This document shows, one piece after another, positions 48,514 to 61,829 of a DNA stretch of 64,000 nucleotides. The notes below the pieces were generated by a model, which worked only from the letters and a program-made list of their open reading frames with translations, did no database searches and was not told the DNA's origin. Numbering within the stretch: position 1 is the first letter of the stretch; the number at the start of each line of letters is the position of its first letter. Origin of the DNA: Phyllobates terribilis (Eukaryota). A program made the translations under genes and the position numbers. Where the stretch lies: NCBI RefSeq assembly GCF_046119375.1, contig NW_027362764.1, forward strand, positions 72,912,001 to 72,976,000, given 5' to 3'.

Positions 48514-51346
48514 AGTCAGAGAACTTATTTTTTAAATAAAGTGATTTGCAGATTTCTAGTTATCATATTTTCTATAAAATGAGATCAAGCTTCTGAAAAA
48601 AAACAGGAATCCTTTAAATATGTAATAGTCACCAACTAAACTGCGGCCATGCTATGCTAATAGCGCAGCATGCTTGGACGCCAACGTGGTCAATCTCATT
48701 CACTTTCAATGAGAGGGCTGATACCCAAATAAAAGGCAAGATACAATATCACCATATGGTCAAGTTGGCAGCTGTTTCAAGTTAGGTGCAGCCTATTGGC
48801 GAGCCTGTCTATCATTCCACACCAGTCTCAATTAGGTGGGTCCCTACATTTAGACACCTTAGATAGGTGTCTTTCAAATGCTCATATACACCTGACATTG
48901 TACGCTGTGCAAGCCATTTATCATCTCGCCCGTTGTACAATATCAGGGAAAACAATAAATACGTTGTTGACATCCTTTACCCAACTGTTCACATGTTGCT
49001 ATTTTTATGTTTTATGTGCAGATATTATTATCATATTTTATAATGTTGGCAGAAGTGGTGTCAAAATTGTTACATGTTAGGTGGGTGACATGGCACTTGA
49101 GAAAATTGTCCCTGATGCCATATTGCTGGGGGCATCAGGGACAATTTGATCTTTTACTAGGAAGGTTCAGATGGCATACTGATCATTAGGTCAGGCATGT
49201 AAGACATCGGAGTCTCCCCACATCACTGTCAGAGACATTATAAGAGTTAATCTGGAGTAGAACCACCTAGAAACCCCAATGATCTTAAAGGGGGAAGCCA
49301 CCTCTGAGCAGCTCACCCACATTATACTGTTCCAACCAAGAACTCTACCTTCTGAGTACCAGAATGCATATGTTCCTCTTGAAAATGACTTCTAAGCTTA
49401 CAGCAGGACATTAAAGTTGTGGTAGTTGCAGACCATGTCAGGGAGTTCATTCAAGACATCCATGCACAGATTAGATAGTTAGCTTCTCCCACTTGAATTG
49501 ACAGATATTTTTTGGACAACCTTATGTTATACCATTTTAAAATTAACAGTTATTGTTATATTTTTCCTATATGTTGGAAAGGGGGAACGAAAAAGTAAAA
49601 AACAGCAGCCAGATGTTTGCTATGATACGTTTTAGTTTGTGGAGTGCATTATGTGGTTTTGATCCTGGTTTTTCCACTTAAAATCAAATAGATAACATCC
49701 AAGTACCACCAAAACGAGGGTCATACACCATGTTGGACAGTAAAACAGTTTTTATATCCCCTGTGGGGGCAAATATGTTTTTTTTGGAGATGGAATTATC
49801 AAGTGCTGTGGTGTCTAATACAGATGCGTTAAAATTCACCCCTTTTACCTGGCACCTCTCACTGAACTTACTTTTCCAACTTTGTACATGTTCTAAAAAA
49901 CACATTTTGCAAAGGATAACAGAGGTTATGGAGGGATGTCTAGAGAGGTTTAACATTTAATATCTACTGTACTTTCTTTGGTGGTCTAAGAATATGAAGG
50001 TTTACTATTGATAATCATTATGTCAAGTGATCCAGGATTGTTCAAGGTGCCCAACTGTTGGCCAAATTGCTCATTTGACCATCATGCATGATTGGTTTGG
50101 TGGAGCGTGTATATGGGGAAAGTAAAGTAAGCAGCTTTCTAACCTCTTTAGTGGTGGCTTATGTCCTGGGAAATCTGGCCTTCCCTCTAACATTGCCACA
50201 AGATGAGAGTTTAGGCTTTATGGTGTTTGGTCTTTTCACTTCTGTATTGGCAAAAATTAGTCACAGGGAATTAGTTTAATCTATGTGGAGCTAGACAAAA
50301 GGAAATTTACCACATATAAAAAGCAATTTTCTTGTTGTGATGGAATCATAATATATAGGCAGTGACCAAAGGGTAATGCTAAAATAAATATGCATAAATT
50401 TCCAGATTTATTCAGATGGAAAAAGCCAATGACTTTCCGTAAAGTGGGCAATCATCTCAAGACCATCTAGATTGTAAGCTCCTAAGGACACGACTCTCTC
50501 AATACTACATTATTCAAACTCTGTTTTGCGGGGGTTTTTTACATTATTTTACCCATCATTCCTAAAGAATTTCAGGGATCTATAAAAGGTCATTAACAGT
50601 CCAAAGTTCGTCTGGACTACCCCAAATTTTTCAGAAACAATCAATAAAACTGTCATTACATATCTCATCTGGCATCCTGAAGCCCATTAAGGATTTTTTG
50701 TTGGACTACAAATCTTATCATCTTTGCGTTCATATCATATTTTATTGGGATATGAATCCCACAAATAATTTGTCCCAATTTTGGCACATTATTGCCTTTC
50801 ACCCACTTTTCATTATTGTGCATGTAAAAGAGAGATGACTGCTAAAGCCTGTGCGGCCATTATGGGAGATTAGGAAACTGTGGCCTGACTTTTTCACTAA
50901 CTATCACTAGCTGTGGTTGTCTAAATATTAAAGGGTTATTCTCATCTTCTTAAATGGGTAAAATTACAAATTGCTTGTAAAAACACGCAACTTTGCTGTT
51001 TACTTCTTAATAAAAATAATTTCAAGAACGGAGGGATTTTTAATTTCATAGTTTACTGCTTGTTGCCTAGGTCTTTCAGAGGTGGTCAGTCTCCTAGGCA
51101 ATGGTGTGGTATGCAGTGGAGGCTCTGTTTTATAAAGCTGGTAAGTGCTGATCTGAAGCTGGCCAGATCACTGAATGCTGCAGCATTGGGAGTGCATATG
51201 TCAGGCCAGTGTCACTCTGATGCTACTGGCCCAAACTGTCAATCATCAGAAGCGCACTGATACTGACAAGCAGGAAGTCAGGAGGAATGGAGCGGTGCAC
51301 TCTTGAAGACAGAACATGGGATAAATCCTTTAAATAATAACTTAGC

Positions 51347-51709
51347 AAATAGGTCCAATTGTTTAGACTCACCTGGTGAGGTGGATCCTCCAAGCCCAAA
51401 GTCCGGGTGGGTACACAGGCCATGGGCATCGGTGTAGCAGTCAATTGATGCACGCGGGAAACGGGTAGTATAAGTGCTGGCGGCTGCAGGCAGACAGGAG
51501 ACGGGGAAGTAGTAGCAGAGGTACTTGAGACTGCAGCTAAACAGGAATAGGAACACTAAAAGTCTTAATATTAAGACACAGGTGTGTGTCTTTGTACGCC
51601 TTATATAGGCCCAGGAGATGATCACATGGGAGCACCTGCAAAGCCCGATGTGGAGCACAACACAGTTCAGTGGACGAGGGTGAGGGGAGCAGGCCCCGGA
51701 TCTAGAACA
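51347..51709 (-). repeat. Dispersed LTR-like repeat; partial second copy at about 58007-58122
   Basis: About 115 bp (GGTCCAATTGTTTAGACTCACCTGGTG...GATGCACGCGG) is shared with 58007-58122; TATA-like CCTATATAAGG on the minus strand near 51600; no TSD found. Confidence 0.45.
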
Positions 51710-52699
51710 GATGTGTAACACTAATGAGCTCTCAACATCATAACTAAAATGAGGATCATATGCAAATATGTCAAGTAGCCAAGTCATGACAACTGCATGG
51801 TATACAGCGTGTCTGTTGTGTAGCCTAGTATTCTCAGTATTATCATTCACGTCAATCAAAAAATTCCAGGGCAACCTCAGATTAATGGATACTAGAAGTC
51901 TTTAACTACATCATACGGATGTTTCATTCCTGTCATCATGTTACGGGTCCGGATGGTGGAACCACTGTGCCATGGTACAAGGAGAGACCAGAGGGGTGTA
52001 ACTAAGTGCCAACCCGGACCGACTCTGGCTACACGGCGGCTTGGTCAACTCTGTAAACCAAGGAGGGACCAGGAAGGTGGACCAGGTGCCACTCTGGGAC
52101 CGACCTCGTGCAAGAGCAGGCGACTCCCACAGAACTGACAGCCGAAGCTGACAGGCACAGCGGGTGGACTGGCAGTGCTGGAAGACAGGCAGGCGGCAAT
52201 GGCTGGTAGTCAGGCAGGCGGGCACGGCTGGTAGTCAGGCAGGTGGGCACGACTGGTAGTCAAGCCGGCAGGCACAACTGGTAGACAGGCTGGTGGGCAT
52301 GGCTGGTAGACAGGCTGGCGGGCACAGCTGATCAACAGGCTGACGGGCAGCACGGGGACCTGAGGACTGGAGAGGCAGTTTAATGCAAACAAACCACAAC
52401 ATTGCACAGGCACCTCCATTTTGGAGGAGGTGCCTTAAATAGCAGATGTCCTCCATCCATTGGCCGGGGACATTTTAGGATGGCACGCACGGCCCCTTTA
52501 AGAAGCAGGGAGCACGCTCGCGCCCTAAGCACAGTGCCTGGGGATCTGCGTGCAGCGCACGCACACCGGGCAAGGAGGGCTGGAGAGCCAGGAGGAGGAG
52601 CGGAGGACGGCGGGCCGGTGCCGCGACGGTAAGGGGGTCGGCGCCTCTGCTGGGCAGGAGGCAGAGACGCCGGCGCTACAGTACCTTCCCCTTTACGCC

Positions 52700-55600
52700 C
52701 CCTTTTCTTCAAGCCGGCAAGAAATTTTTCCAGAAGAAGATGAACATTAATGTTCTCCCTGGGCTCCCATCATCTCTCCTCAGGACCAAACCCCTTCCAA
52801 TCCACAAGAAAAAAAGTTTTTCCCCTTACCCTCTTGGTAACCAAAATGTTCTCTACCTCAAAAATGTCCTCAGAGCTGACTGGAGCTGGAGCGGTACCCG
52901 TATCATCAGAGAAAGGATTGAGGACAACAGGCTTGAGGAGAGACACATGGAAGGAATTGGGGATCCGTAACGAGGCAGGGAGTTTCAACTTGAACGCCAC
53001 TGGATTAATTTGGCTCAGAATCTCGAACGGACCGATGAAGCGCGGATCCAACTTGTAAGAAGGTATCCTGAGACGGACATACTTGGAGGAAAGCCATACC
53101 TTGTCCCTCAGACGGAATAGAGGCGGGTCAAGACGTCTCTTATGTTGCTTCATCCGCTCAGAGGATTGAAGCAGTGCCGTTTTCGTGTCCTCCCAAATCA
53201 CCGAAAAGTCTCTGACGAGAGACTCCGCAGCAGGATTGTCAGCTGAAGTAGAAACAGGAAACGGAATATTGGGATGCTGACCATACACTACAAAGAATGG
53301 AGATTTGGCTGAGGATTCACTCACATGGTTATTGTAGGAAAATGCGGCCCAAGGTAGGAGCACCACCCAGTCGCTATGGTGAACGTTGACGAGATGCCGA
53401 AGGAAACTAGTGAGGATCTCATTGATACGCTCAACCTGACCATTGGACTGAGGATGATAGGCCGAAGAGAAGTCCAATGCAACATTCAGCAGCTTACATG
53501 TGGCTCTCCAGAAGTGTGAAGTAAACTGAACTCCTGTATCCGAGATAATATGGAGAGGTAGGCTGTGGAGACGGAAGATGTGAAGGATGAAGTCTTTGGC
53601 TAGCAGTGACACATAAGGAAGACTTGGCAAAGGAATGAAGTGAGCCATCTTGGAAAAGCGGTCAGCGACCACCCAAATGACACTACAACCGGCCTATACA
53701 GGAAGATCCGTGATGAAATCCATTGCGATATGATGCCACGGAGCAGAAGGCACGGGAAGAGGAAGAAGTTGACCAGTCGAAAGTTGCCTAGGTGTCTTGT
53801 TACGGGCACAGGAAGAGCAAAATCCGCAACGTCCTTGAATAGAGTCGGCCACCAATAATGTCGGAAAATTAGCAGAAGCGTCTTCCTCTGACCGGCATGT
53901 CCAGCCAGTTTGGACAAATGACCCCAGAGTAAGACCCCCCTCCTATCCGGGGGGAAGATAAGACAGGTCAATCGGGGCGACAGTCATTATTCTGGAGGGA
54001 TCAATGATGTGCAGAGACTCCTCCTCTTGATCGGTAGACAGAAATGAGCGAGAGAGCGCGTCTACCTTAATATTCTTGTCTGCTGGACAGAAATGGAGAG
54101 TGAAGTTGAAGCGAGCAAAGAACAAGGACCATCTGGCCTGACGAGGATTGAGTCGTTAAGCAGATTGCAAGTAGGAGAGATTCTTGTGATCCGTATAGAT
54201 GACCACTGGGTACAAAGCCCCCTCTAGCAAGAACCGCCATTCCTCCAATGCTAATTTAATAGCAAGCAGTTCTCAATCTCCAATGGAGTAATTGCGCTCT
54301 GAAGGAGAGAAGAGCTTGGAAAAGAAGCCACAAGTTACCATTTGCCCGGACGAGGACTTCTGGGTGAGAACTGCTCCAGCCCCAGAGGAAGAGGCATCAT
54401 CCTCCAGGAAGAACTGCTTGTTACAGTCAGGACGATGAAACACCGGGGCAGAGGATAAGGCTTGTTTCAAGGATACAAAGGCGTTTTCCACCTCGGGAGT
54501 CCATTCCTTGGAGTTAACCCCTTTGCGGGTCAGAGCAGAAAAGGGAGCTGTCTGGGAGGAAAAATGAGGAATGAACAGACGGTAATAATTAGCGAACCCC
54601 AGAAACCGCTGAATAGACTTCAGCCCCTCAGGTCAGGGCCACTTTAGAATGGCAGACACCTTTTCGGGATCCATCTTAAGCCCGGTCTCCGAGATTATGG
54701 ATCCCAGAAAGGGAAGAGAAGTCTGTTCAAATACACATTTTTCGAATTTGGCATACAGACGATTCTTCCTGAGCCTCTGCAATACCTGTCGAACGTCTCT
54801 TCGATGCGAGGGCAGATCAGAAGAGAACACCAGGATGTCGTCCAGATACATTACCACGCACGAGTACAGAAGATCTCGGAAGATATCATTCACCTGTTCT
54901 TGGAAGACTGCTTGTGCATTGTAGAGTCCGAATGGCATCACGCGGTACTTCTAGTGGCCATCCCGGGTGTTGAATGCCGTCTTCCATTCATCACCCTGGC
55001 GAATCTGGATCAGATTGTATGCGCCACGGAGATTGAGCTTAGTAAAGACCTTAGCGCCCTTGAGACGGTCAAACAACTCGGAGATGAGAGGCAGAGGATG
55101 CTTGTTTTTGAGAGTGATTTGATTTAGACCCCTATAGTCGATACACAGGCGAAGAGAGCCATCCTTCTTCTTGAGGAAGAAGAAGCCTGCTCCCGCAGAA
55201 GAGGTGGATTTCTGGATGAATCCCCTAGCAAGATTCTTTTTGATGTATTCGGACATGGCTCGGGTCTCAGCCAATGACAGGGGGTAAATTCGACCTTGGG
55301 GAGGTGAAGCACCAGGAATGAAGTCGATAGGACAGTCATACTGCCTATCTGGTGGTATCTAGTGGTAGTGTCTCAGCCTCCTTCAAAGACGTCAGCGTAA
55401 GACCAGTAGGGTGCCGGTAAACCGGGCAAATTGGCTGGAGTGGACGGAGGTCGAGCAGGACGGACAGGAACCTAGCAGGTTTTGTGACACTCCTGACCCC
55501 AATGGAGCACCTCTCCCAAACTCCAGTTTAAAACCGGCTCATGTGTTTGAAGCCAGGGCAGTCCAAACAGTAAAGAGTGGGAGAGGCTGGACAGCACGTA

Positions 55601-55890
55601 GAAGGCGATTTTTCTGAGTGTAGCATTCCTACCTGAAGAACTACAGGCTCAGTGACAAACAAGATGGACTCTGAAAGAAGCTTCCCATGCTCAGAGGAGA
55701 CTGCTAACGGATCCGCAAGACGTTGAATAGGGATCTGATACTGCTCCACAATGGCCTGTTGGATGAGATTCCCAGCAGCACCGGAATCCAGATAGGCAGT
55801 CTCGAAGAAGTGTATCTTACCGCAGGTTATCGATACAGACAAAGTCAGGGATGGAGAGGAAGAATTTTTTTGCCAGGACGACCTCTCCAA
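52700..55890 (-). pseudogene. pol: Chromovirus pol fragments: protease, RT, RNase H, integrase with chromodomain
   Basis: YLDSGAAGNLI (protease); [11 protein letters not shown] and YLDDILVFS (RT); DASSSGAGAVL (RNase H); integrase SAYHPQSNGQVER; chromodomain FEVENILVTKRVRGKTFFLVDWKGFGPEE. Confidence 0.92.
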
Positions 55891-55896
55891 GTGATC

Positions 55897-56798
55897 CTAG
55901 GCACTGGAGTTTACCGGTCTCTCTGGACAAGAGCGGATTAGATGTTCCAAGCTGCCACAGTGAAAACATCTTCCCTCAGCGCGGAGGACCTCCTGGCGAG
56001 ACTTGCCCATCTTAACCTGGTCTACCTGCATAGCTTCAGGGGTGGAAGCCGAGGTAGAGGCCTGTAGAGAGACTGGCCTTTGGAAGGTTGGTGCAAGTCG
56101 CAGAGATTTTCTCTCACGAATCACCTCCTCTGAACGCTCCTGGAACCAGACGTCGATCCAAGTGGCCAAAGACACCAGGTCGTCTAGAGAGATGGGTATG
56201 TCTTGACCGACTAGTTCATCCTTGATCCGGCCAGAAAGGCCCTCCCAAAAGGTAGACACCAGGGCCTTGTTATTCCAGGCCAGTTCAGACGCGAGGGTAC
56301 GGAAACGCACAGCGTACTGGCCTACTGTGAGGCTCCCCTGACGTAGACGAAGAAGAGAAGAGGCAGTCGCGGATGTGCGACTGGGTTTATCGAAAACCCT
56401 CCGGAAGGCCGCGAGAAAAGCCTGGAGATTAGACACTAGAGGATCCCCTCTCTCCCAGAGGGGTTGAGCAACGCCAATGCCTCTCCGGTGAGATGCGACA
56501 TGATAAACGCCACTTTAGCCCGGTCTGAAGCGAACTGATGAGCCAGGAGCTCAAAGTGCAGCGTGCACTGGTTGATGAAGCCCCGACATAGAGGGGTTCA
56601 CCGCCAAAGCGTGATGGAGCAGATAGTCAGGGTCCTAAGCTGGGTGCCACAGTGCCACTGGATTGAGGTGCCGCGGAAGCGGATTCCGCTTGGTTAGAGA
56701 TGGGCACAACGAGGGTGGACAGCTCGTCCAAGTGAGAGTTAACAGTCCTCTTGGTACAGGTCAGAGAGCGAAGAAGCTTGAGAGCCACCGGATTCCAT
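55897..56798 (-). pseudogene. gag: Chromovirus gag, frameshifted
   Basis: ATG directly after the PBS; LRLRQGSLTVGQYAVRFRTLASEL (retrotransposon gag) and knuckle CFHCGSLEHLIRSC. Confidence 0.85.
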
Positions 56799-59700
56799 GG
56801 CCTGTGCAAACTGTTACGGGTCCGAATGGTACAAGGAGAAACAAGAGGAGCACAACTAAGTGCCAACCCGGACCGACCCTGGCTACACGGCGGCTTAGTC
56901 GACTCCATGAACCAAGGAGGGACCGGGAAGGTGGACCAGGTGCCACTCTGGGACCGACCTCGTGCGAGAGCAGGTGACTCCCACGGAACTGACAGCCAAA
57001 GCTTACAGGCACTCCGGGTGGACTGGCAGCGCTGGAAGACTGGCAGGGGGTAACGGCTGGTAGTCAGGCAGGCTGGCACAGCTGGTAGACAGGCTGGCGG
57101 GCACGGTTGATAGACAGGCTGGCGGGCAGCATGGTGACCTGATAACTGGAGAGGCAGTTTAATGCAAACAAACCACACCATTGCAGAGCCACCTTCATTT
57201 TAGAGGAGGTGCCTTAAATAGCAGATGTTCTCCCTCCATTGGCCAGGGACATTTTAGGACAGCATGCGCGGCCCCTTTAAGAAGCAGGGAGCACACGCGC
57301 ACCCTAAGCACAGTGCCCAGGGATCTGCGCGTGGTACACGCACCACGGGCAAGCAGGGAAGGAGAGCCAGGAGACGGAGCGGAGGACGGCGGGCCGGGGC
57401 CGCGACAGTAAGAGGGTTGGCGTCTCTGCCGGGCAGGAGGCAGAGAGCCGGCACTACACATCATAATGAGGTATCTAGAAGTTCTGCAGCTGTCTCCCAG
57501 TATCTGACCTTTGAACACTTCCATACATTTTCTATTTAAAAAAAAAAAGAACAGATAACTGAGTACACAACGGCACCCATGCAGCAAGAATTTTCTTCCA
57601 GTTTTCTTGTGTTAAAAACTTGCATATTTTTGCTCAACACCTAGCTGTGTAAAAATGTAGCAACTTTTGGTGCCTTTACACTAACTCAGCCTACTCTATT
57701 AAAAGTGGGCAGAATCTAGCGGAAGGCGACGTGTCCTCACACTGCCCCAAAAATTGACTATAATTTACGCCACAGAAGTGGAGTAGATGATAACACAATA
57801 GTACTTCAATCCAGGACTGGAATACATTTTCTGACACTGGCACATGGACAGGGGACAGATGCCCCACATTCTTTAGATGCATAAGCCTTGAAATGAATTT
57901 GTTGCATCTTATTGTTGATAAAGACCGGAGTACAAGGAGTACTATTCCCCCCAATGAGTCAGACATTACATTTAGAGCACAAAGATCTCTCAGAATGTTT
58001 TGGGGGGCAAACAGGTCCAATTGTTTAGACTCACCTGGTGATGTGGATCCTCCAAGCCCAAGGTCCGGGTGGGCCCACGGGCCAAGGGCACTGGTGCAGC
58101 AGTCAATTGATGCACGCGGAAAACGTGTGCTCTGTTCTTGTCTTACGGCATTTTCATATCTTATTTTTCCCCCTTCCGTTTTGGCTAATAGTACAGCAGA
58201 CCCATCCCCATAATATGTTGCCCCTAAATAGAGCAGTATATTATGGTGACAAAGTGCTTTAGTATATACTTGCTGAATACTAATGATTAATTGAACTTGA
58301 GAGGGACCAGGAAGCAGGGAACCTACAGAACATTGGGATGAAAGAAGTGGGGGAATTGGTGAAGATCAGAATTGTTTCTTTATTTTTTTATACTACTCAC
58401 TGCTTTTGGAAAAAAAAATAATTAGGCGAAAAAACACATTAATTTTAATTTATGTTTATATAGGGAATTTGGAACTCTAAATCTGAAAAATTGAACTTAG
58501 ACTACTATCAAGATACAATTTAAAAAAATAATCAACACAGAATTTTGGAATTGACCCCTAATTCATCAAACCATTTCCACAAGAATTCTGGTGTAAAAAT
58601 GCATAAACTGTTTTAAAACGTTTGCGGAACTGGAATTTGCACAAAAATTGTGTGACTTTTGCCATTTTTACAACATTTTCAGCCAGTTTGCCAACTTTTA
58701 GAAAAGTTGGTTGATGCTCAGGCGGGACAGTGTATGGCCAAGAGTGACCTACAAATTCATCATAATTTACGCCACAAAGTGCTGTAAATTATGACATAAC
58801 TGTACACTAGCCCCTGACTGGCAAACATCTCTGGTGTTGGTGCATGTCAGTTAAAAAATGCACCAAATTCATTTAAGAAGAGCAAGCCTTAATGAATTCA
58901 GTGCATCTTAATCCAATGTTCCCTTCATTAAGACTGACTTGCATGATCGGGGGGTGAATCGGGGCCATAGTGTTATAATGTGGAGATTCTCTTTTACTAC
59001 AAAACTGGATTTTTCTTTATGGAAATGGCTGCAAAACCATTACAGAACAGCAAGTTCACTTGTACAATAGGGTGAGAAAATTTTATTGAATCATTATTCA
59101 AAGTATCCACAAAGTAAAATGTTAAAGTTTGCATTGTACATCATTAGTGCCTGGCAGCATGACATTTGTGGTATCTGTATCCGGATGTTTATGGCTCTAT
59201 AATATATGCAGAAGTAATTGAAGTTTCAGCTATAAATGTTTGCTTGCCAGCCAAGTCCAAGGTCATGACAGAGGTGACACTAAACAGTAGCACGCAGTTC
59301 CAGTTCACTGCCTGCCCTTTGTTGACCAGTAACAAGAGAGTGATTCTTTCCACTGTGATCCATCTTAAAGTGCTCCAGGGATCCAGAGCAGCCATGAAAT
59401 CTAATAAACTTGCTAAATGAAATTACCATAAAAATAAAACTATTGTAAAAAAAGAAAATCTAGAAAAATAAGATTATGCCCGTAGAAATGTTCGTACTGC
59501 ACAATCAGGATCCGTGGGCGCTCCACATGAGGTTTTATGTTGCCTCTTTGAGACACCATAGTCTCCATTAGAAGTTAGCCAGCCCACTTCTCTATGCATA
59601 CATTGGCTGTGACAGAGGAGGGGGCTGGCTTAGATATTGAAATCAGAAGTCAACCAGTCCCCTTAACACACAGCTTGGGTCATGTACCAACATAAAAAAT

Positions 59701-60624
59701 GCTAACAAATTAAAGCTGTGTAAGAAGGAAGACTTGCCTAGGGACAGGTGCGGAGCTCTGGCGCCACAACTGCCAGTGTCCTGCCCAGTGTTGCCAGGGG
59801 ACGGGATTAAGAGTGCACGGGAGACTTCCTGGACAGTGCTGGGGGACAGAGGAGAGGTACGGAAGAGAGTAAGTCAGGTGTCTGTGCTCGCGCGAGAGAG
59901 ACAGTTGGTTGTAGAGAGCAGACCGGCAGTTGGGGAGAAACTGTCTGTCCTGCCGACAACGAGAGAGAGACGTGCTGCCCTGTCCTCGGTGAAATAGAGA
60001 CGTGCTGACCTGTCTGCGGTGACAGACGAACGGGTGACGGACGAACGGGTGACACAGCTTGCCGCAAAACAAGGGGCGTGCGGTCTGTACCGGGCCTACA
60101 GAAAGTGATCGTTCAGTTACCTGCATCACCACAGTTTTCCAGACGACATCTGACGGTGACCTATGGGTGAGGACGCACCCGGGATTGGTGATCCTAACGC
60201 AGTTTGTTGTACGCCGGAGGAGCTTGCTACGGCTCTTAAAGGAGTCGTGACCGCTGTTGTGTGGTCAAAAGGACTGGGGGCCCAGTGGGTGAGACCGCCC
60301 ACTGCAGCCAGAAGACGGACACCCTCCAGAGTGAGTGTCTGAAGACGGACGTAGTTATCGCTAAAGGACAGATAAGTGCAAGCCTCCAGTAATCTACCTT
60401 CTCTTATTCAGCCTGAACTTTTGGGACTGCGCCGTATTGTTCATCCTTTCCGTGTTATAGTTAAACCACAATCGTTTATTGTCCGATTTTACTGTTTTAT
60501 TGTTGTGTTACTTAAATTTACACTCCTTGCGTGGAGAAACCAAATCTTGAATTAAACCTCTGCCATACTCTCTGCGTGCTGTGTGCGGCATCCGAGCCTT
60601 TTAACATTTGGCGTAGTCGGCAGG

Positions 60625-61569
60625 ATGTCGTCCCCAGATGCAGTTGCAGGCATGGCAGACCAGGCCAGCGCAAGAGCCCCTACAGCTAGCCTACCCCTTG
60701 GCGCCATGTTGAATAATCTCCCAAAGTTTACCAGAGACAACATGATGCTGTGGGATTGGGTAGAACTGGTTAAGAGCATGCTACGGATGCACCCAATGAC
60801 CCCCGATATGCAAGCAGAGATAGCTTTGCTGGCTTTAGAAGGAGAAGCTCGACAGTCAGTAATGTTTCGTTCCCCCACTGACCGAAATACGGTGGAAAAG
60901 GTGGTACAGATCCTAGAAGAAATGCATGGGGACCCTACTAATGTGGCAGAGTTAAGGATGCGACTGTTCCAACAGGTACAAAGGGAGGGGGAGACTGTGA
61001 CCCAATATGTCAACGCCCTACAGAGTGTGTACACTTACATCACTAGGAAAACGAACCTAGAAGACGTGGGAGTGGGGCCCCCAAACCTAGTACTTAGGGA
61101 CCAGTTCGTAGCCGGCCTCAGAGATGCGCAGCTGAGACAGGCCTTGCGAGAGCGCTTGCGCACCAACCCGCGTATGGCATTTCTGGAGGCAGGGGCAGAG
61201 GCCCGTGTGAGGGAACAGGAGATGGGGGCAGTGACCCTGGCAGGGATGGACCGGGGCAATGCAGTGCCCCCGTCACCCGCGGCCGAACCAGAATGGGCCC
61301 GAGAGATGCGGCGGGAGATCCAAGAAATGCGAGAAGAGTGGTACAATATTCGAGTGGCTCAATCAGTGAGAGCCGGAACAGTTGACCAGAGACCCCCGGG
61401 CGAAGTAAAGGATGAGCCCACACCTCGAGTTGGAACAGAGCCCTATCGGGTGGCCCGACGACCCCCTGCAGACAGGGGACCAACGTGTTGGAATTGTGGG
61501 GGCATGGGGCATTACGCCAAGAGCTGTGCCAGTCGAGGAAGGCCTCTGTCCCGACAGCCGTTAAACTGA
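60625..61569 (+). CDS. gag: Gypsy-5 gag, open
   Basis: MSSPDAV... capsid-like region (LFQQVQREGETVTQYVNALQ) and knuckle CWNCGGMGHYAKSC; the ATG overlaps the end of the PBS. Confidence 0.88.
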   Translation: MSSPDAVAGMADQASARAPTASLPLGAMLNNLPKFTRDNMMLWDWVELVKSMLRMHPMTPDMQAEIALLALEGEARQSVMFRSPTDRNTVEKVVQILEEMHGDPTNVAELRMRLFQQVQREGETVTQYVNALQSVYTYITRKTNLEDVGVGPPNLVLRDQFVAGLRDAQLRQALRERLRTNPRMAFLEAGAEARVREQEMGAVTLAGMDRGNAVPPSPAAEPEWAREMRREIQEMREEWYNIRVAQSVRAGTVDQRPPGEVKDEPTPRVGTEPYRVARRPPADRGPTCWNCGGMGHYAKSCASRGRPLSRQPLN

Positions 61570-61829
61570 CGGGCTCCGGGTGTAAGGGACGCAACCCGGA
61601 GCGGAGGAAGACAGCGAGTCCCGAAGACTTAATATCCATGAGCCCGACAGTGTGGGCCAAGCTTGGCGGACGGCTGGTTCACTGCTTGATCGACACGGGA
61701 TCTCAAGTGACCACCATGGGAGAAACTTATTTCCGTCAGCGGTACCCAGAGATGGCACGAAATGAAGGGGGTCCCTTGATAAAGCTCACAGCCGCTAACC
61801 AACTGCCCATTCCGGTTACAGGAGTAGTG
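61560..61829 (+). pseudogene. pol: Gypsy-5 protease N-terminal part, truncated by an insertion
   Basis: HCLIDTGSQVTT...LTAANQLPIPVTGVV in the -1 frame; the reading breaks at TGTAACATCCC (61830). Confidence 0.85.

Larger units (their letters stand above)
51939..57458 (-). mobile_element. Sushi/Tf1-type chromovirus (Ty3/Gypsy), full length, decayed
   Basis: LTRs at 51939-52680 and 56812-57458 (visibly more than 10% divergent); 5-bp TSD CATCA at 51934-51938 and 57459-57463; PPT AAAGGGGAAGG next to the 3' LTR; non-tRNA self-priming PBS. Confidence 0.93.
59719..61829 (+). mobile_element. Ty3/Gypsy element (Gypsy-5): 5' LTR, PBS, gag and the start of protease, interrupted by a nested element
   Basis: LTR about 59719-60606 (start could be 59717) ending TTAACA; 2-nt spacer; PBS TGGCGTAGTCGGCAGGAT at 60609-60626. 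Confidence 0.85.

Noticed and set aside
50088-50279. Hydrophobic ORF resembling a membrane-protein exon (also 59166-59420 and 49684-49956)
   Set aside because: No recognisable homology or convincing splice signals; the lengths are within chance expectation.
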